From a virus (Duplodnaviria > Caudoviricetes), in the IMG/VR virus record IMGVR_UViG_3300013383_000025, positions 31,957-95,956 of that record: a stretch of 64,000 nt of DNA; one strand, given 5' to 3'. A program made the translations under genes and the position numbers. Position 1 is the stretch's first letter. Each line of letters begins with the position of its first letter. The notes below the pieces were generated by a model. It made no database searches, had not been told where the DNA came from, and was given only the letters and a program-made list of their open reading frames with translations. Positions 20,949 to 29,660 of the stretch are shown here, piece by piece.

Positions 20949-22361
20949 TTGGCAACTAAGAAAAATTTTACTGTGAAGGAATACAATGGTGCAGATTATG
21001 ACACTCTGTATCCAGAAACAAATAGCGGACAGGTATTGCTTGATAACACCGCCAAGGCAGAGCTAGGGCTTGCGGGGGGGGGGCAGACTCCACCGACTCT
21101 TGATGATGCGTTAAGCAAGCTAAATAAATTTGATAATCGCTACGAGATTGGCGATGTATTGACAACAAGCAGAACCAATCTCAGCGACAAATGGTTACTT
21201 TGTAATGGTGCTACATTGGATAATGGTGAGTATCCTGAATTGGGTGCTCAGTTTTCCGGCGTTGAAATGCATTTTGATAAAGTTAGCAAACAGAGCTTTA
21301 CTATGAGTGCAAATATAAAACCATTTGACTATAGTGTTGCATCAAGGAAGCTAGATAATGGAAGCGAAGAGCTTTTAATGTCAATAAAGTATAAGTATGA
21401 TTATGTATCGTCTTTGTATTATAAAAATTTATCAGTTAGTGGCGATTGGGTTTTATTAGGAGATGCAGATACAGTATATTATGCATATTCTATGAATAAT
21501 AATTTTGTCATTATTCCAATATCAAATGCTGACTTATCTAGCTACAAAGCCAAGTATTGTATTGGAAGTCCGACTTCCTTTAGTAGTTTCCAAAATTTAC
21601 AAATACCGTCTTCTTTACCATCTTATCCACATTGGGCAGATGCCAAATATTATAACGGAAAGTATTATTTTGGTATACGGAGTGATTCTGGACAGGTGTG
21701 GATTTATGATTCGTTATCATCGTCACCAATAGTTGCATCATACGATGTTGGAGAGTATGGTACTGGGCATGGATGTTTGGGTATTGCAGATGGAAAAATA
21801 ACTACAAGTTATACACGATACAGAGGTAGTGATGATTATAGTCTTGGGTTTGTTGGCATAACTGGTGACGGTGGAACTGTTGAAATATCATCACACTATG
21901 GAGCATCGTCATCTTCTTATCAACCATTGCCAACTGCAATTTGGAAATTTGCTGGGAAATATTATTATGTGGCGTTTGGTTCTAATATTACTTCATCGTA
22001 TGTGTATCTTACCGTTAATCAAGCAGATTCGCTTTCGGATACCCCAACACAAATAAAATACATCTCAACAGATTCAACATTAGGCAAAAAAAATAATCCA
22101 TGGGCAACGTATATGGTGACAGATAATGCAATACTATTGCCAGATAAAACATATATAAACTTAAACAATAAATTAAAGAGCTGGGAAAACACCTCTTCTA
22201 TATCGCAATCGCAGTGTATGTCATTCTCTCAAACCGATTCAGCTATTTACGCAATGTGCCCACAATACGAAATCTGGCGCTCAAGCAAGTCAGCTCAATT
22301 CAAGCTCCCTAAATACTCTCCTGCGACTGGGCTACGTGCCTACATCAAAGCAAAAGATTAA
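20949..22361 (+). CDS. Putative RBP3 with in-frame G10 tract (phase-ON)
   Basis: Same N-terminal anchor and collar motifs; C-terminal LPKYSPATGLRAYIKAKD. Confidence 0.78.
   Translation: MATKKNFTVKEYNGADYDTLYPETNSGQVLLDNTAKAELGLAGGGQTPPTLDDALSKLNKFDNRYEIGDVLTTSRTNLSDKWLLCNGATLDNGEYPELGAQFSGVEMHFDKVSKQSFTMSANIKPFDYSVASRKLDNGSEELLMSIKYKYDYVSSLYYKNLSVSGDWVLLGDADTVYYAYSMNNNFVIIPISNADLSSYKAKYCIGSPTSFSSFQNLQIPSSLPSYPHWADAKYYNGKYYFGIRSDSGQVWIYDSLSSSPIVASYDVGEYGTGHGCLGIADGKITTSYTRYRGSDDYSLGFVGITGDGGTVEISSHYGASSSSYQPLPTAIWKFAGKYYYVAFGSNITSSYVYLTVNQADSLSDTPTQIKYISTDSTLGKKNNPWATYMVTDNAILLPDKTYINLNNKLKSWENTSSISQSQCMSFSQTDSAIYAMCPQYEIWRSSKSAQFKLPKYSPATGLRAYIKAKD
21074..21083 (+). repeat. Poly-G tract (G10) in RBP3
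   Basis: ctt gc GGGGGGGGGG cag act. Confidence 0.95.
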
Positions 22362-22381
22362 ATATAAAGAAAAAATATTCA

Positions 22382-22413
22382 GAGCGCCCTGCAAATTGGG
22401 GCGCTCGATTTAT
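22382..22413 (+). terminator. Stem-loop/terminator after RBP3
   Basis: gagcgccc (22382-22389) pairs with gggcgctc (22399-22406), then gattttatt. Confidence 0.55.
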
Positions 22414-22427
22414 TGAGGTGATAATAT

Positions 22428-23732
22428 ATGAAAACAATTAGAGCAAATGATGGTGGATATCTATTAAATGCAAAACAGTTTAGTTATACGAAAGACGAAC
22501 AAGGCAGACCTGTGCTAAATGTACAAAGTGTAACTGGTGGCGACTTCAAAGCGGATGGCACAGTGCCTATGACCGGCAATCTGTATATGGACGGAAACAG
22601 TATCATAGGCGTTAATTCCATTAGTAATACAAATAGCGGTATCGCCATCGAATCAGAGGTTAGTTTGAACAATCACAAGATTACAGATTTACTCGATCCT
22701 ACAGAAAATCAAGATGCCGCAACTAAAACTTATGTTGATGGCAAAGTGCCGACAAAAGTTAGCGAATTAAGCAATGATTCTAAATTTATTGTAGCGGCTG
22801 AAGCGCCTGTTCAATCGGTCAATAAAAAGACCGGTTCTGTCAGCCTAACTGCATCTGACGTTGGGGCGCTACCTTCTACTACTAAGATTCCCACCAAAAC
22901 CTCCGAGCTTGAGAATGATGCTGGTTTCTTAACGAACTCTGCTGTTAAATCGGTTAATGGGAAGACAGGCGTTGTGACGTTGGTGGCTGGTGAAATCGGT
23001 GCTGTCCCTACCACGAGAACAGTGGCTGGTCATACGCTTTCCGCAAATGTGACGCTTGTAAAGGGCGACGTTGGACTTGGCAATGTAGATAATACCTCGG
23101 ATGCTGACAAGCCAGTTTCTACAGCAACTCAAACGGCGCTTGACGACAAAGTATCAACGACGCGCAAGGTTAATGGCAAGGCTCTATCGGCTGACATTAC
23201 TTTAACCGCCACTGATGTTGGCGCGGCAACTAAGGCCTATGTAGATGAACATAGCTTGCTTGGGGACAATGGAAAAGTTGATAGTGACTTAGATATGAAC
23301 GAGCATGGTATTATCAATGCTCATAGAATTAGCACAGACGGGCCAGCACCACTATATATTGGCTCAACTATTGAGGATTCTGGTACAAACGCACCAAGGT
23401 TGACCGGTTCTAATGATGGAACTGCGGCATTCGTCAAGGCTGATACTCAATCAACTTATGTTGCAGTTAGTGTTGGTGCACCAACCGCAACAAACCATGC
23501 AACCACCAAAGAATACGTTGATGGAAAAACTGGGGCTGTTCAAGCTAGTGCGTTGCTTAAATCCGGGGGTACTATGGTAGGAAAATTAAAACTGACCGCT
23601 GAGGCAACCGAGGATAATGACGCTGTTAACAAGGCATACGTTGACGCTATTTTACCAGCCTTTACCGCCAATGACAATGGTAAAATATTAGGCGTTGTTG
23701 ACGGCGCTCTTGCATGGGTATCAAAAACATAA
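22428..23732 (+). CDS. Fibre protein with repeated AATK.YVD and VKSVNGKTG motifs
   Basis: DAATKTYVD, HATTKEYVD, DAVNKAYVD and GLGNVDNTSDADKPVS repeats. Confidence 0.7.
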   Translation: MKTIRANDGGYLLNAKQFSYTKDEQGRPVLNVQSVTGGDFKADGTVPMTGNLYMDGNSIIGVNSISNTNSGIAIESEVSLNNHKITDLLDPTENQDAATKTYVDGKVPTKVSELSNDSKFIVAAEAPVQSVNKKTGSVSLTASDVGALPSTTKIPTKTSELENDAGFLTNSAVKSVNGKTGVVTLVAGEIGAVPTTRTVAGHTLSANVTLVKGDVGLGNVDNTSDADKPVSTATQTALDDKVSTTRKVNGKALSADITLTATDVGAATKAYVDEHSLLGDNGKVDSDLDMNEHGIINAHRISTDGPAPLYIGSTIEDSGTNAPRLTGSNDGTAAFVKADTQSTYVAVSVGAPTATNHATTKEYVDGKTGAVQASALLKSGGTMVGKLKLTAEATEDNDAVNKAYVDAILPAFTANDNGKILGVVDGALAWVSKT

Positions 23733-23752
23733 TAGAGGGTGGAGGATAGAAT

Positions 23753-24283
23753 ATGGCTAATTTTTGTGGCGGCATCAAACTTGGTGCTACACTCAAACTA
23801 ATCAATGGGGTGATTTGTGATGCAAATACAACAACTGTTGATAAATCTAAGGCAGTTTCTACTTGCGGCCAGCTCTGGGATGGCGCACTATTTACCGTGG
23901 CTGCGGTTGGCGGCGCTAAGCTTATTACTCTACACAATAGCGAAGGCGAGGAAGTTGGTACGCCTGTTGTCGGTAGGGGCAATTGTGGTGTTGGTCTTGA
24001 TGGACGTTTTTTCAAGGTTGTAAAGGGCACTGTTGAGCTACAGGACGGTTTTGTATTGACTGTTGATGTAACACCAAAGGATGCTATCATTACTGTCACC
24101 GATGCTGATGGCGAAGAGGTCGACCCTGTTAGCGACAATGCCAAGCAATTTCTGCTAAGTGGCATTGGCGATACATACACTGTCACGGCCACTAAAACAG
24201 GATATACTACTGAAGCTAAACAAGTCAAGAATACTGGCGACCAGACATTTAAGATGGTGATGAAAGCGGTTGCTGGCGACTAA
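23753..24283 (+). CDS. Virion protein with C-terminal PEGA/Ig-like domain
   Basis: LTVDVTPKDA.ITV...YTVTATKTGY pattern. Confidence 0.55.
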   Translation: MANFCGGIKLGATLKLINGVICDANTTTVDKSKAVSTCGQLWDGALFTVAAVGGAKLITLHNSEGEEVGTPVVGRGNCGVGLDGRFFKVVKGTVELQDGFVLTVDVTPKDAIITVTDADGEEVDPVSDNAKQFLLSGIGDTYTVTATKTGYTTEAKQVKNTGDQTFKMVMKAVAGD

Positions 24284-24286
24284 TAT

Positions 24287-24342
24287 AAAAAAATGGGGAA
24301 CATGGCAGAATAAATATCTGTAATCATGTTCCCCATTTTTTT
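24287..24342. terminator. Bidirectional intrinsic terminator between the convergent modules
   Basis: aaaaaaatggggaacatg (24287-24304) pairs with catgttccccattttttt (24325-24342). Confidence 0.88.
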
Positions 24343-24656
24343 TATTCTATAGTATCTTTGCCCAGAGCATCTGCAACGCCACGTTTATATCCATCATCGT
24401 AGCCGTTTGTATAACCACATTCCTTGCCATCTTCTAGTCCATTCAGATACGCCTCATCACAACTGACAATATCAGTATCTAGGTTTTCATATGCCGCCAT
24501 TGCTCGATTATGTCTATCGCATAAATCCTCAATCACGGCTTGAATAATCGTGTCTCGTTTACGGCATAGATAGATACTGTCGCCATCGACTAATAGCTCG
24601 TAGTAGAGTCCGATTGGTCTAAACTTCCACATTAAATTCGCCTCCTTCCATATCAT
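24342..24656 (-). CDS. Hypothetical protein with GY..G repeats
   Basis: ORF in a packed operon; start uncertain. Confidence 0.55.
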   Translation of the reverse strand: MIWKEANLMWKFRPIGLYYELLVDGDSIYLCRKRDTIIQAVIEDLCDRHNRAMAAYENLDTDIVSCDEAYLNGLEDGKECGYTNGYDDGYKRGVADALGKDTIE

Positions 24657-24849
24657 CTATTGCGTCATTGTAGCCTACGTCATAGCCGTCATCATAATTC
24701 TCTAGCATCATATATAGCATATTGGTAAATAGGTCACATGATGAACGAGCCAAGCCAGACATGGTGGCAATGGGATTATCTGGGTCTTCAGGATAATACA
24801 GCTCTACACGGTATCTGCTACCATTGATACATAGTCGCGGTAGAATCAT
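24619..24849 (-). CDS. Hypothetical protein
   Basis: ATGA overlap with the HNH stop. Confidence 0.55.
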   Translation of the reverse strand: MILPRLCINGSRYRVELYYPEDPDNPIATMSGLARSSCDLFTNMLYMMLENYDDGYDVGYNDAIDDMEGGEFNVEV

Positions 24850-25472
24850 GTGCCAGTACCCTCCTTCGGCAAGAATCGACCAGTCTTCTCATCTCTTTTG
24901 TGTGGCTTTTTAGCGTTATGCAGTCTTATATGGTCGCTTTTAAGTAAAACTAATAAATTTGACGGATCGTTGTTAAGTCTATTTTCATCGATATGGTGCA
25001 CGTCGTATTCTTTCTTTAGATACAACGCCCTATTGATTTCGACGCTATTTTCTTCTGTTAATAAATATTTTTCTGCAACGAGTCTGTGTTCAAATACAAA
25101 ATTGTCACAATCTCTAAAAGGATGATCTAATACCCGGATTTTCCTATAACCATAATGAGTAATTTTTTCATCTGTTTTCCAAGTTGGATTTAATTTACCT
25201 TTTAAGCCGTACTGATGGTTCCCTTCACCTTTCATCCTTTTGCTTAAATATTTAAGATAGCATTCTTTCGAGCAAAAGACGTGCTTATAATTTTTTATAT
25301 CTCGTGGGTTTGCATGAAAATTCTTATTGCACGTTGGACACACATAATTTGGCTTTGTTAATGATTTTCTTAATTCAGACTGGCATTGTTTTGAACAGCA
25401 TATGTGTTTCGCTTTTAATCTTGATGGGTGTATATTAAATTCTTTACCACACCATTCGCATTTATAAATCAT
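24846..25472 (-). CDS. Free-standing HNH endonuclease with N-terminal Zn-ribbon repeats
   Basis: CEWCGK...CCSKQC, CPTC...FCSKEC; EHRLV...VHHIDENRLNN...NL...H..LH. Confidence 0.88.
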   Translation of the reverse strand: MIYKCEWCGKEFNIHPSRLKAKHICCSKQCQSELRKSLTKPNYVCPTCNKNFHANPRDIKNYKHVFCSKECYLKYLSKRMKGEGNHQYGLKGKLNPTWKTDEKITHYGYRKIRVLDHPFRDCDNFVFEHRLVAEKYLLTEENSVEINRALYLKKEYDVHHIDENRLNNDPSNLLVLLKSDHIRLHNAKKPHKRDEKTGRFLPKEGTGT

Positions 25473-25570
25473 AAAATCTCTCCATTTCAAAGATTATATT
25501 TGGGTAGGGATGATAGGAAATGGCTATCATCCCTCAGAGCGAAAATACGTCTATCCGCGCACCCTATCTA

Positions 25571-25599
25571 ATTATATCATACAATCAGTGATTTGTCAA
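25571..25599 (-). promoter_or_regulatory. sigmaA-type promoter for the HNH gene
   Basis: TTGACA-17-TATAAT with extended TG. Confidence 0.8.
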
Positions 25600-25614
25600 G
25601 ATGTTTTTTTTTGT

Positions 25615-26118
25615 TTATTCTCCAGTGGAACCGAATCCGTTTCCGCCTCTAGCGGTTTCTTCAAGCTCGTCCACAATATCAAATTCTGCCTGATAATATT
25701 TTCTAACTGCCATTTGTGCCACTCTATCTCTGTTATTTACGAAAATATAATCATCGCTAGTATTAAGTAGAATCACAATGATCTCAGAATTGTAATCATT
25801 ATCTACAATACCACCAATCGGGATTAGCCCTTTGCTTGCTAGACCAGACCGCTGTAGAATTTGTAACATATATCCTTCAGGCGGCTGAAATGCCCATCCA
25901 GTAGGAATCTTGATGGTGCTATGAGGCGCAATGCCCACACGCTGAATCGGGCCGTTTTCATTGCCACTAATATTGCGCACTTCTACATCCGGATTAAGCG
26001 TGATGCAATGGTCACTTAAATCTGCATATAAATCCATACAAGCCGCGCGTTCGCTACCATAAGTAGGTAACTTGGCAGTATCGGTTATGCGCTTTGCTTT
26101 AATCTTCATTTGGTTCAT
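25615..26118 (-). CDS. dut: Trimeric dUTPase
   Basis: Motifs ACMDL, QRSGL, GIVDNDY, DRVAQ, RGGNGFGSTG. Confidence 0.95.
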   Translation of the reverse strand: MNQMKIKAKRITDTAKLPTYGSERAACMDLYADLSDHCITLNPDVEVRNISGNENGPIQRVGIAPHSTIKIPTGWAFQPPEGYMLQILQRSGLASKGLIPIGGIVDNDYNSEIIVILLNTSDDYIFVNNRDRVAQMAVRKYYQAEFDIVDELEETARGGNGFGSTGE

Positions 26119-26719
26119 ATCCTCTCTGTGTTAGTTCTAGGAATTGAGGCAAACCTTCGCAAAAATCACAAAACATCTGCCAGTCAGGAAGCGCGTGATG
26201 CCGTCTCTGCTGATATACAGTTTTAAGCTGACGATAATTGGTGGTCATTGCGGCTGTAAGCTCAAATCCGCTAGGGATATTATACAGCATCTCAAGTCGT
26301 GCTTCTTTCAGTGTATTGTCTGATACAGCAATCCCCTCTTTGCGTACTTTGAGTAGACGGTTATATTCATCAATCTTTTCATTCAACACATCGATGGCTC
26401 TTGGGTCAACATAGCGGTTGCATTGCATTCTGGGTTTCATGTTTTGCAGTTTATGCATTGTAGAGCAAGAGGATACAAAGTCAAAGAAGTGATATCTTTG
26501 CAATTCTGGCCATGCCTTCTGACTGAATGTGAGGTCAAATTGAACAATGATGCCGTTTAGAGCATTATCATGCCCTTCTCCGGTTGGACAATTCAAGCAA
26601 GCCTTAATACCCTTAGTAAGCTCGGCGGTCAAGCCGTCAAGCTCAACCGCCTTTGGATACTTAGCTGCTCTAATCGCCTCATCTAGTCCATATACACGAA
26701 CATTAGATACACTTGGCAA
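26099..26719 (-). CDS. ThyX-like (flavin-dependent thymidylate synthase fold) protein, degenerate motif
   Basis: GH..., ELQRYH...SCSTMHK, TNYRQL...QRRHH.LPDW; adjacent to dut and nrdJ. Confidence 0.6.
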   Translation of the reverse strand: MPSVSNVRVYGLDEAIRAAKYPKAVELDGLTAELTKGIKACLNCPTGEGHDNALNGIIVQFDLTFSQKAWPELQRYHFFDFVSSCSTMHKLQNMKPRMQCNRYVDPRAIDVLNEKIDEYNRLLKVRKEGIAVSDNTLKEARLEMLYNIPSGFELTAAMTTNYRQLKTVYQQRRHHALPDWQMFCDFCEGLPQFLELTQRGYEPNED

Positions 26720-26974
26720 TTAGTAGTCCTCCTCACTGTCCGTTTCATCATCTCGAATGACGTATACGTCGACAAATCCTGTTGCCCCACTGTCATACAG
26801 GTCATATTCGACATTGCGTACTAGATATCTAGCACCTAGCCCATCTTCTGTTGGTAGCCAGACGTGCTCACCAATGCGTGGCACTAGCATACGGGCGGCA
26901 TGAGTGTATTCATATTGATGCTCTGGTTTACAACAATTTGCATGATTGATAAAAAATCTTAGTAGGTACTCCAT
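26720..26974 (-). CDS. Hypothetical protein (paralogue of 26976-27200)
   Basis: P..G..VWLP..G...Y.V shared; GGAGG RBS. Confidence 0.55.
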   Translation of the reverse strand: MEYLLRFFINHANCCKPEHQYEYTHAARMLVPRIGEHVWLPTEDGLGARYLVRNVEYDLYDSGATGFVDVYVIRDDETDSEEDY

Positions 26975-26975
26975 C

Positions 26976-27200
26976 TCAATCCTCCCAATTATATGGCTTG
27001 CAGAAATAGGCAATTTCATCGCCTGAGATATATTTCTGCATGACTACATACATCTCGCGGTCTTCGTCATCACCATCTAGGGGCAACCATAGTAGGTCAC
27101 CTTTGTTTGGTTCGGACATGAGGTCAAGTTCATCACATGAGCAAATCCAGTCCTCATCACCTAGTCGATTCTTATAGAAATTGATACGGGGTTCTGTCAT
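26976..27200 (-). CDS. Hypothetical protein
   Basis: AAGGAGG RBS. Confidence 0.55.
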   Translation of the reverse strand: MTEPRINFYKNRLGDEDWICSCDELDLMSEPNKGDLLWLPLDGDDEDREMYVVMQKYISGDEIAYFCKPYNWED

Positions 27201-27218
27201 TTGGTTAATCCTCCTTAT

Positions 27219-28757
27219 TTATTCGCACTTTGTATATCCACATGACTTACAGGTGCAGCAACCGCCCTCAAACACAAGCGGTTCGCCACATTCAGGGCAT
27301 ACACCATTGTTCGTATTTAATACGTTTATTTTGCCAATCTCGGATTTAATCGGTACTTTCTTTACCGGCTTATCGTCATCCTCTTTATCATCTAGCTCTG
27401 CTTGCATCTCATTATACATATCAACTAGAGCATTGCCAATAGCCATGGGGCAACAAGACCCCTTACTGGTATCATGGTTGGTTGCTCTGCGCGTAGCATA
27501 AGAGGGGCATACACCTGTTGAATCAAGCTGGTCTTTGATGGTCATAATATCTACACCGGCACGGCATAGTAGGCTGATTGCGCGACTCAGACCAACCATG
27601 AAATTCTGGCATCCGCCTGTCGAGCCTTTGTTGAAATATACCTCTTGTAGACTGCCGTCAATAGGGTCAAAGAAGCCGATGACGTGTAAGCTGCCACATC
27701 CTGTCTGAATCTTGCGCTTTTTGCCAATCAGGTCATTGCTTGGCTCGATGATTGAACCGCGAGGGAGAGTTGGTGGTTCCATCGATTCAGATTTTTCTTC
27801 GCCTTGCTTATTATCAGTCAGCAAAATGCCCTGACGAATAGCATTAGGTCTAAAGATGGTGCAACCCTTAATGCCTTTTTCCCAACATTGCATATAAATG
27901 TCCTTGACTTCATCAAACGATGCTTCAGTAGGAACGTTGATTGTCTTGCTGACGCTCATGTCGGTATATTTGCTAATAATAGCAAGCATGGCTACATGGT
28001 CATCAACAGACATATTGAGCGCAGTCGGGAAAATATCATGCTCGTCAAAATCTAGGGACTTGCCTTCATCTTTTAGTTTATGGTATAGATAGTAAGCATA
28101 GTCCATCATCTTGACGATTTTGACATCCTTATCGTCTTGCCCGCCAATCTTTACCTTGCGGTCATAGCTCAGAGAGAAAATTGGCTCGATGCCACTAGAG
28201 CAGTTGTTACCAAACACCATGGAGATTGTGCCGCATGGTGCAACTGCCTGAATCTTGGCATTACGAATACCGTACTCGGCCATTTCATCGAGAATACTAT
28301 CCTCAAGCACATCCATAACATAACTACCACTCATATGCTTATCAGGCTCACACAAAGGGAAACAGCCCTTTTCTTTAGCAAGCTGCACAGAGGCATAATA
28401 TTCAGCATTGGTAATCATCTGCATTAGAGATTCGACATAATCTCTAGCCTTCTTGCTATCATATTTCATGCCAAGCATAGCAAGCATATCTGCTAGACCG
28501 GTGACGCCAATACCAATAGTGCGCATACCCTTCTGATAATTCTCATAAATCTTATCTGGAAATTTATTGACATCAATAATATCGTCGAGCATACGGACGG
28601 CAACAGAGATTGTGTCTCTTAGTGCCTCAGTATCAAGATGTGCCTGTTTAGTAAATGGGTTACGCACAAAATTATGAAGGAACAATGAACCAAGATTGCA
28701 AGCACCACCATACTGCGATGGGTCGATTGCGTTAATTGTTCCTGCTAGATATTCTGC
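27219..28757 (-). CDS. nrdJ: Class II (AdoCbl) ribonucleotide reductase, exon 2
   Basis: AEY...ACNLGSL, IGIGVTGLAD, APCGTIS...SSGIEP, SVSKTIN; C-terminal TSCPD-like domain and CPECG...C..CG Zn ribbon. Confidence 0.92.
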   Translation of the reverse strand, partial: AEYLAGTINAIDPSQYGGACNLGSLFLHNFVRNPFTKQAHLDTEALRDTISVAVRMLDDIIDVNKFPDKIYENYQKGMRTIGIGVTGLADMLAMLGMKYDSKKARDYVESLMQMITNAEYYASVQLAKEKGCFPLCEPDKHMSGSYVMDVLEDSILDEMAEYGIRNAKIQAVAPCGTISMVFGNNCSSGIEPIFSLSYDRKVKIGGQDDKDVKIVKMMDYAYYLYHKLKDEGKSLDFDEHDIFPTALNMSVDDHVAMLAIISKYTDMSVSKTINVPTEASFDEVKDIYMQCWEKGIKGCTIFRPNAIRQGILLTDNKQGEEKSESMEPPTLPRGSIIEPSNDLIGKKRKIQTGCGSLHVIGFFDPIDGSLQEVYFNKGSTGGCQNFMVGLSRAISLLCRAGVDIMTIKDQLDSTGVCPSYATRRATNHDTSKGSCCPMAIGNALVDMYNEMQAELDDKEDDDKPVKKVPIKSEIGKINVLNTNNGVCPECGEPLVFEGGCCTCKSCGYTKCE

Positions 28758-29660
28758 CACACATATTTAATGTGTTAGACTATATCTTATCCCTCGTCTT
28801 TACACGTTAGGGCAATCGCACTGCGTAAATTTATTTGGAGTTGCCAGTTTTCATCACTCATCCATACGGGTTGATACTCATATCCGAGATATAGTTTATA
28901 CATCATACTATCAACCATATATGGTTTTATTAAATTGATAAATGTTTCATAACTAGACTGCTGAATGCGCAACCGTCTAAATTTATCTCTTTTAATAATT
29001 GAGCAATTAAGTCCGAATTTATCTTTGAGCATCTTGCTCATTGCTTCAACTGTTTCAAGAGAATATCTATCTGTGCAAATATTAATGCGTCTCGATCTAA
29101 TATTATTAGTTGACTTACCTACAAGACAAACATATCCATCACTCATATACCAATTGGCGAGTCCGTTTGGGGTCAGCCAACTTAATGCTTCTTTAGATGC
29201 TGTTCTATGTTTGTAGTCATCGTAGAAATGATGGTACTTTTTAGCGAAGTACGGATGAGCTTTAATGTATAATTCCCAATTATCTTTATGATTACATCCA
29301 TTCGCCCATTTACCTTGATGGTAATTCACAACAATATCAAAATTAGAACAAGACTCTAAATCAGATTTAATCTTATAAATAAAATCCTTATTGATACTAC
29401 TCATTCTAATAGCACGCTTAGTTACGCCGTTATCAATTCTTGCATCTCCAAAAATAAGCCCTGTTAAATATCCTTTTAACTCTGAACTGTTCATACTATT
29501 ATAGCCTCCTATAATTTCGTACCATATTAAATTTACATTAGTCGTTGAACCTTCCAACCTGTTGTTGGCTTGGCTGCTGATTAGCTTTAGCTTTCCAGCA
29601 ATTCACGATTGATTATTTCCATTAGATTTCTCTAAAGCCCTGCACTTTTTATCTAGGCTT
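28758..29660 (-). mobile_element. Group I intron (903 nt) in nrdJ
   Basis: 5' exon ends CCCTGT, paired to IGS GCAGGG with a U-G wobble. Elements P AATTGCTGGAAA, Q AATCAGCAG, R GTTCAACGACTA, S AAGATATAGTCT; P9 ACACAT/ATGTGT and terminal G. Splicing restores NPC-AEY. Confidence 0.93.
28787..29494 (-). CDS. Intron-encoded LAGLIDADG homing endonuclease
   Basis: YLTGLIFGDA and LANWYMSDG motifs; AGGAGG RBS; lies between the R and S elements. Confidence 0.9.
   Translation of the reverse strand: MNSSELKGYLTGLIFGDARIDNGVTKRAIRMSSINKDFIYKIKSDLESCSNFDIVVNYHQGKWANGCNHKDNWELYIKAHPYFAKKYHHFYDDYKHRTASKEALSWLTPNGLANWYMSDGYVCLVGKSTNNIRSRRINICTDRYSLETVEAMSKMLKDKFGLNCSIIKRDKFRRLRIQQSSYETFINLIKPYMVDSMMYKLYLGYEYQPVWMSDENWQLQINLRSAIALTCKDEG

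Noticed and set aside
15521-22361. Diversity-generating retroelement acting on the RBPs
   Set aside because: No reverse transcriptase in the window and no ~100-bp TR/VR pair differing only at adenines; the shared blocks are only about 20 bp.
15521-22361. Invertible shufflon of tail fibre cassettes
   Set aside because: All cassettes are full genes in the same orientation, no inverted crossover sites were seen, and the recombinase is more than 30 kb away.
28758-29660. Intein in nrdJ
   Set aside because: The insert has stops, its own RBS/ATG and group I core elements, and lacks intein C-terminal HN motifs.
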